In this document: positions 58,261-64,000 of the stretch, piece after piece
How positions within the stretch are numbered: position 1 is the stretch's first letter
Layout: every line of letters begins with the position of its first letter
Assembly: GCA_963662285.2 (NCBI GenBank)
Contig: CAXXMV010000002.1
Coordinates: 288,001 to 352,000 of the forward strand
Reading direction: 5' to 3'
Length of the DNA stretch: 64,000 nucleotides
DNA from: a bacterium
GTDB taxonomy: Bacteria > Hinthialibacterota > Hinthialibacteria > Hinthialibacterales > Hinthialibacteraceae
Notes under the pieces: model-generated
Database searches by the model: none
The model's input: the letters and a program-made list of their open reading frames with translations, nothing else
What the model was told of the DNA's origin: nothing
Made by a program: the position numbers and the translations under genes

Positions 58261-61200
58261 TCAACTTGTTTCTTCTTTTACTATTATTAGCGGATCGTAT
58301 GGAGGGAAAATAATTCGCCCTAGACCTTCAGAGCGTCGTCCGTCCATTCGAACATGATAATAACGCAGGCAATTATGAGTCTCGATCTTCACAATGGTCC
58401 AATGATTGTCAGGAGGAACGTCAAATCGATTAGGAAGATCGATTGATGGAAATTTAAGCGTTTTGCTTTTACCTGAATCAATGCTGAAATAGCGCTGCCG
58501 GGGAGAAAAAGAAGTTAGCGAATAATCTCCCACTATGGAGCATGGCCATGCCTCTATGGGGGTGATCAAGCGTAGCGTCCCCGACAATTGGTATGGATTA
58601 TCGTTTTGAATTTTGATATTAAATGATTCACGCCTTAATGTCATGGCGATTTCATAATCAACAATTTGTCCGATGTTTAGAATATCTTCTATCAGCAGCT
58701 GTCCTTGAGTGGTTCGAACCTTGATAAATCCATCTTGAGTGGAATCTTCTCGAAGAATTTGTAAAGGAATAACCTGATAAGAACCGCCTTCCAGTCTATA
58801 AGGAACTCGCGATGGTAATGGTCGCCAATAAGGCGGGGTAAGGATTTCCACTTCTCCATTGAACGTTTCGGTAGGAGAATTGTTAACTATAACCAATTCA
58901 ACAGGATGTACGGTAGCCTGGTCTTGCGGGTAGTGATTCTTGATTCCACCGCGAATAGATAGCGTGACTGGCAGGAATCCCAAAGGCGCCGCACCGAGGT
59001 TATGTCTCCAATACCTTGCGGGAGCATAGATTTGAGTTTTGGCATCATCCGGTTCAACGGTTTCCTTCTTTTTCCGCTCAACAGGCAGATCAATGTTGAG
59101 GGTAAGTATTTCGTTGGCATGAGCAATCGTGCGGATAAATTGTTCTTCACGGAAAACTTCGCGTTTCTTTGCTAAAGGCTGTTCGTCAATGCGTACGGCT
59201 TTAACTGATTTGACTGGTTTGCTGGATTCGAGCCAGACGTTGGATTCTTCTCCATGCGTCTCGTATAGACGAACTATAATTGACGATTTAGATTTTGGCG
59301 AAGCATATTCCGCTTCGGGATACCCCGCCGGCTTGATGCCGGAGATCAGGATATTGTTTGGTTCGACGGAAAGGAACGAAGATGAAGCAGGCAATGTTCC
59401 TTCGTGCGGCATTACCGCAAGAGTCATCGGTTCATGGTTATATTCCATAGCCCGGCGGGGGATTTCGGCATGACGCCAGTCGCCGCGATGAGGCAGAAGC
59501 CGGTAACGGAAAATGTGAGATTTTTGTTCAGCGAAGTCGAAGGGCCATGTGGTTTGAGGTTTGGGGCATGGCGTGGTATGCATCAAGGCAGTGACCAGCG
59601 TCCCATCCGGCTCAAGGCTGCAAAGAGTGTTGCCCAGGTTAAGCATGGAGAAACCGTAATCTTGAACGATTTCACTCTCGGGAAGAAAACATGCTATATG
59701 AGGGCATTCCCAACGGTGCGCGATAGTGGATTGGATCATATCGTCTACCGTTTGGGTGGTGAAAGCTTCGGTTTTTCCTGCGAAAATGAATACCGGGCGT
59801 TCGAAGCCATTTTGTTGGTCTTGAACAGCCAATATGACAAATCCAAATTCTTCTAGGTTATGTTCGTAATATTTTCTTGCCTTAAAATTCTGTTTAAGCA
59901 AGTTATTGGTATAAGCGTTTTCTTCGGCTGATCCGATGCTGAAAACACAGGAACGGAAGAGCAAATCCTTTGTGGAATTATCCGTGTCGTATCGGGGAGT
60001 GCAGGTGACGCCATGCCGGGCAAGATGCATCATCAAGCGTTGCCGTAAATCAGAGTAACGGTCGCGTGCAACAACGATTTCTGATGGACCTATAGCCAGG
60101 TTGGAGGATTCTTCTTTGCCATCCATAAACCGGCAAAGAAGAGACCATGATACATCCACCCAACGGTAACATGAATTCATGGCGTGCTGGGAATCCCATT
60201 TCAGGAAGGAACTGAAATAATTCATCTGTTTCCGGTTGCGTCGATAGGCTTTGGCGTAGAACCGGTCTTCGAGAATGGGCCGTGCGCCGGGCAGGTCAAG
60301 AGGAAAGGCAACGGTATACAGATCACGGTTTTCATCAGGCGACTGGGATGGATCGTATAACTCACGTCCCTGATAATTCTCTAGAATGGTAATGCAATCG
60401 ATGTGCGGAGCATTGCGGTATAAGCGAATTTCTTGAATGCGATTGCAGGGTCCGGGTCCGGAGGCGCGAATTAATAAGCGGGAACTGACTGGTCCTTCCA
60501 GGGATTTTACATCGGCTGGCGAATCGGCGGCGCTGATTTTTTCTCCAGTCGTCAAAAGGCGCCAGGCTGGTTCATCCCCTGCTCCTTGAGAAAGAAGAAC
60601 TACATTGTTGGCTGGGTCGGCATGGCTGGTGTTGATAAATTCCTTGCCGGATTCTTTATCAATCAGGCTTACTATGCCTCCACCTCTATCAGGATCGACT
60701 TCAACGCGTAAAAAGTCATTTTCGATCCAGGGCTGACTTTGGGTTTCGAGCAGGAAGGGGATTTCAATTCCATCCCGCTTGACGAAATCGCGCCGGGTGT
60801 AGCCGGTTGCAGGCAGCTGGTTTTCCGTCCAGGTAGCCAGCAGGCGTGAGACTGATCCGTCGGCGTTATGTTCTGCTCTCTCAATTTCATAGGGGACAGG
60901 TTCTTCGTCTTCGTCTACTAGTTCCATCGGTTCAATTTCTCCCTGGACATCGAACCAATGTTGAATGACGCCATCCCTCATCCAGGGCAGGCAGTTGAAT
61001 AGCAATAATGAATCGTTGCTCTTTTCGGGAGGTACGGAAATCCGGGCGGCGAGAGATTCCAGTGTCGAACGCAATTCTTTATCTGCAACATCCAATCCCT
61101 CGCGATAAATATCTAAAACATCGGCGTAAACGATATCCGTTCCGCATCCGGTGATGCCATCGTGGTGTTGACAGAATAATAATTGACGCCATGCATAATC

Positions 61201-62199
61201 CAGTTCGGCGGATGGATAAGTTATGCCATGCAGAGATGCAATAACGCCCCACATTTCCGCTTCGAAGAGTCTATTTTCAAGAAGCCGGTTAGCCAGCTTT
61301 AAGTCGATGCGTGACAATTCACAGCCTTCGTTATATTGCGACATATCACGGGTGACTGGTTCGAGGACTATTTTTTTACTGGCTGCCAGGGTGTGGACGC
61401 ACGAGAAGTATCGCGTGGCCGCCGCGCCGGTTAATATTAGATGAGGGTTTTCTTCAGCCAGTTCGCGGCAATGACCAAGCACCGATGTGCGTGGCGAGCG
61501 CATATCGCCTGCATCCAATACAAGGTTTACATTTAGATTGGGAAATTCCTTCTGAATTCCGTCTAATTTTTGCTTTGCATAGTCTTGGAGCGTTACGCCT
61601 TCCGGTACGGCGTAATCGGTGCGTCGAGCATAAACCGACGAACCGTTGGGTGCGAACCATTGAAACAGATCCGGCATACCGGGAACCAGGATGGTTGGAT
61701 CACGGTAATTACCGCGTGTGAATACTGTTGCCTGAAAACCACATCCCGTCAGGATTTGAGGTAATTGTGGGATATGCCCGAAAACATCCCATGCCATAAA
61801 AACAGGCGCTTCATAACCGGTAAGAGTATTATGATACCGGGAACCAATCAGGATATTGCGTATTAATGATTCACCTGATATGGTCGTTTCATTTGGTTGG
61901 TTGTACGAGCCTCCAGATGCGCAACGTTCCTGTTGTATTAAGCGCGTCACCCACGCCCGTTCTTCGGGATAAAGGTCCAGATAAGGTTTAAGGTAATCAA
62001 TTTCAGATAGATATACTCCGTAATAGGGATCAGCACGACATGCGAGTAAAAATTGTCGCATCAAAGACAGGCATTGTTCGATATATTCCGCCTGCGTTTT
62101 TTCCCAAACCGGATCCGCGTGGAATCCAGGAAGGCAAAAAGTAGTAGGCTTTTTTTGGCGTAATTTTCGAAGTCCGTATCGATTACCGGAAAACAACAT
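58261..62199 (-). CDS. GH38 alpha-mannosidase-like multidomain protein
   Basis: HADPVW, GESLIRN, WDVFGH, QHHDGITG and VRLYETHG motifs. Confidence 0.85.
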   Translation of the reverse strand: MLFSGNRYGLRKLRQKKPTTFCLPGFHADPVWEKTQAEYIEQCLSLMRQFLLACRADPYYGVYLSEIDYLKPYLDLYPEERAWVTRLIQQERCASGGSYNQPNETTISGESLIRNILIGSRYHNTLTGYEAPVFMAWDVFGHIPQLPQILTGCGFQATVFTRGNYRDPTILVPGMPDLFQWFAPNGSSVYARRTDYAVPEGVTLQDYAKQKLDGIQKEFPNLNVNLVLDAGDMRSPRTSVLGHCRELAEENPHLILTGAAATRYFSCVHTLAASKKIVLEPVTRDMSQYNEGCELSRIDLKLANRLLENRLFEAEMWGVIASLHGITYPSAELDYAWRQLLFCQHHDGITGCGTDIVYADVLDIYREGLDVADKELRSTLESLAARISVPPEKSNDSLLLFNCLPWMRDGVIQHWFDVQGEIEPMELVDEDEEPVPYEIERAEHNADGSVSRLLATWTENQLPATGYTRRDFVKRDGIEIPFLLETQSQPWIENDFLRVEVDPDRGGGIVSLIDKESGKEFINTSHADPANNVVLLSQGAGDEPAWRLLTTGEKISAADSPADVKSLEGPVSSRLLIRASGPGPCNRIQEIRLYRNAPHIDCITILENYQGRELYDPSQSPDENRDLYTVAFPLDLPGARPILEDRFYAKAYRRNRKQMNYFSSFLKWDSQHAMNSCYRWVDVSWSLLCRFMDGKEESSNLAIGPSEIVVARDRYSDLRQRLMMHLARHGVTCTPRYDTDNSTKDLLFRSCVFSIGSAEENAYTNNLLKQNFKARKYYEHNLEEFGFVILAVQDQQNGFERPVFIFAGKTEAFTTQTVDDMIQSTIAHRWECPHIACFLPESEIVQDYGFSMLNLGNTLCSLEPDGTLVTALMHTTPCPKPQTTWPFDFAEQKSHIFRYRLLPHRGDWRHAEIPRRAMEYNHEPMTLAVMPHEGTLPASSSFLSVEPNNILISGIKPAGYPEAEYASPKSKSSIIVRLYETHGEESNVWLESSKPVKSVKAVRIDEQPLAKKREVFREEQFIRTIAHANEILTLNIDLPVERKKKETVEPDDAKTQIYAPARYWRHNLGAAPLGFLPVTLSIRGGIKNHYPQDQATVHPVELVIVNNSPTETFNGEVEILTPPYWRPLPSRVPYRLEGGSYQVIPLQILREDSTQDGFIKVRTTQGQLLIEDILNIGQIVDYEIAMTLRRESFNIKIQNDNPYQLSGTLRLITPIEAWPCSIVGDYSLTSFSPRQRYFSIDSGKSKTLKFPSIDLPNRFDVPPDNHWTIVKIETHNCLRYYHVRMDGRRSEGLGRIIFPPYDPLIIVKEETS

Positions 62200-62616
62200 T
62201 GATATTTCACCAGAGTTATAGTGTTTTGAATAATAACGTTTATATTCGCATTCCGAAAAAACCGGAAAATATTGGCTTTTTCGAAGACAAGGGCGATAAT
62301 AAACTAATATAAATTTCAGAACCACTCAAATATACATGTTAGCAAGAACAGTTCATTGAAACAAAACGTCAGAATGCTAGGATATCAAAGAAGTTAATAA
62401 TGAAATAGACCACTGAATAATAGAATTGCGTTCTTATTGATTATTATAGTATTTTTAAACTTGTAAAAGGTTGAGGATTAAAGCCATAATACGGTAAAAT
62501 GTTTCATGGATATTTGAATGAAAAAGAGATTTATTGTGTCTAATAATAATGACGAAAAAGTATTGTTGTCTATACGTATATTAATATAAAAGAAGTGGTT
62601 ATGGACTGTTTAAGAG

Positions 62617-63507
62617 GTGAATGTGAGTGATATTGAGTTGTTGAGCGCCTTAAATGATGATTGGTTCGAGGAGGATATTCCTCCTGCGGAGGCGGTTGTT
62701 TTGCATGGCGGATGTGTAAAAGGCTCTCCAGATGTAATTCTTTATGATATTGATTTGAGGATTTTAGAAGGTGAATGCTTTGGGATCGTTGGCCCCGGAG
62801 GGGCAGGAAAAACTACCCTACTGCATGTAATACTGGGATTAAAACATCTTTCGACGGGAAAAGTGGAACTATTTTCTTCTTTTCCTACGTCACGCTTACG
62901 CAGAGAACTCTCTATTGGTTATCTTCCTCAGTTTACAGAGATTCCACAAAATGTTCCCGCGACCTTGATGGATTATGTGTTAATGGGATTACGAAACGTG
63001 CGGGGTCCGTTCCGCCGCGTGACGCGCATGGACATGCTATATATGGAGAACCTTCTGATGGCGCTCCATCTGGAGCATAAAATCAACCAGCCAGTTGGTT
63101 ATTTCTCCCCCGGAGATCAGCATAAAATACAGATTATCAGAGCGCTTGCGGCTGAGCCTAATCTGTTGGTGTTGGATGAACCTTTTCAGAGGCTTGATCC
63201 TCAGGGACGCAAGGTTTTAGTGCGTTTACTGGCTGATTTGCAACGCAGGAACAATGCCACCATCATTATTACTGCTCAGGATGGTGAACCATTGACTGCG
63301 ATCTGCGACAATATCGCCTGTCTGAATCACTCTCTTTTGTGGATAACTGAAAGCGATCAGATAAATAGTGAAGTTTGGGCTGATCCATGCAATTGTATAC
63401 CAATTCAGGATGAGGGTGAATCAGATGAAATGGATGAGTTTGAATCCGTGTCGGAGGAGCGTGACAGCTATGCGCCCCACAATCATCCAATACAATTTTG
63501 GCGATAG
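62617..63507 (+). CDS. Metal (Zn/Mn) ABC transporter ATPase, ZnuC-like, with degenerate motifs
   Basis: GPGGAGKTT, IGYLPQ and LDEP; signature reads FSPGD and H-loop reads TAQD. Confidence 0.8.
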   Translation: MNVSDIELLSALNDDWFEEDIPPAEAVVLHGGCVKGSPDVILYDIDLRILEGECFGIVGPGGAGKTTLLHVILGLKHLSTGKVELFSSFPTSRLRRELSIGYLPQFTEIPQNVPATLMDYVLMGLRNVRGPFRRVTRMDMLYMENLLMALHLEHKINQPVGYFSPGDQHKIQIIRALAAEPNLLVLDEPFQRLDPQGRKVLVRLLADLQRRNNATIIITAQDGEPLTAICDNIACLNHSLLWITESDQINSEVWADPCNCIPIQDEGESDEMDEFESVSEERDSYAPHNHPIQFWR

Positions 63508-63514
63508 ATAAAAT

Positions 63515-64000
63515 ATGGATATACAATACGCTATAGATCAATTTATGGGCGACAAGAATTTACAGATGCTTTTTCTGAGCGTCATTTTGACAGGGTTGCT
63601 GTGTTCGCTGCTTTCGACTTTTGTGGTAATCAAGCGTATGGCGTTAGCGGGCACAGGGATTGGCGGAGCGGCTTTAACCGGGGCATTTGTAGGGATAGCC
63701 CTTTTTCCCGCTTTAAACATCACCGAATGGCGTATATTGGCTATATCGGGAGCAAGCGCATTTTCTGTAGCCCTGATAATAATGTCATTAAAACGTTTCG
63801 CAGCTGCATGGACTGATGCACTGCTTGGCGTATTAGTTATAGGCATTCTTGTTCTTTGGATTATTTCTGTTCTCCAATGGGGGGTGGAAATCCCAGATTT
63901 GACGGTTTACCTGATTGGATCGTCTCGTATTATGACAGATCTCGATCTATATATCTTGTCGGGCGCTACATCGTTAGTTTTTATAATAGTACTATTTTGC
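63515..64000 (+). CDS. Metal ABC transporter permease, ZnuB-like (truncated by window end)
   Basis: Manual translation MDIQYAIDQFMGDKNLQMLFLSVILTGLLCSLLSTFVVIKRMALAG...YLIGS..MTDLDL; open to the end of the window. Confidence 0.75.
   Translation, partial: MDIQYAIDQFMGDKNLQMLFLSVILTGLLCSLLSTFVVIKRMALAGTGIGGAALTGAFVGIALFPALNITEWRILAISGASAFSVALIIMSLKRFAAAWTDALLGVLVIGILVLWIISVLQWGVEIPDLTVYLIGSSRIMTDLDLYILSGATSLVFIIVLFC

Noticed and set aside
2010-63846. Many short overlapping or antisense ORFs in the six-frame track
   Set aside because: They are shadows of well-supported genes, with no motifs or ribosome-binding sites.

Overview
Bacterial chromosomal window with AT-rich intergenic DNA and no rRNA, tRNA, CRISPR array or transposase that I can see. 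It holds mostly housekeeping and carbohydrate/envelope genes: truncated lpxD-like gene, metK, ahcY, GH172/DUF2961, DegT aminotransferase plus GNAT, xylB, glycosyltransferases, comM, Rrf2, mntP, folK, GH3, heparinase-like lyase, GntP, uppP, STAS pair, NCS2, hypFCDE, GerMN/amidase, GH38 and znuCB-like genes. Four things stand out. (1) An ~860-bp insert bounded by a duplicated comM 5' end carries an intact NYN (PIN-like) RNase gene and, convergent to it, a ~60-nt hairpin RNA with its own near-consensus sigma70 promoter and U-tail. This is a candidate RNase/RNA-antitoxin module. (2) An XRE-HTH fused to a degenerate class III cyclase fold sits between metK and ahcY, a candidate SAM/SAH-cycle regulator. 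(3) Two Schlafen/AlbA_2-HATPase-wHTH paralogs, one frameshifted in an A7 run, are each followed by a paralog-specific tandem-repeat array. (4) A candidate sRNA with CUCC-loop hairpins lies at ~48.0-48.2 kb. All calls come from reading motifs by eye; no database searches were run.
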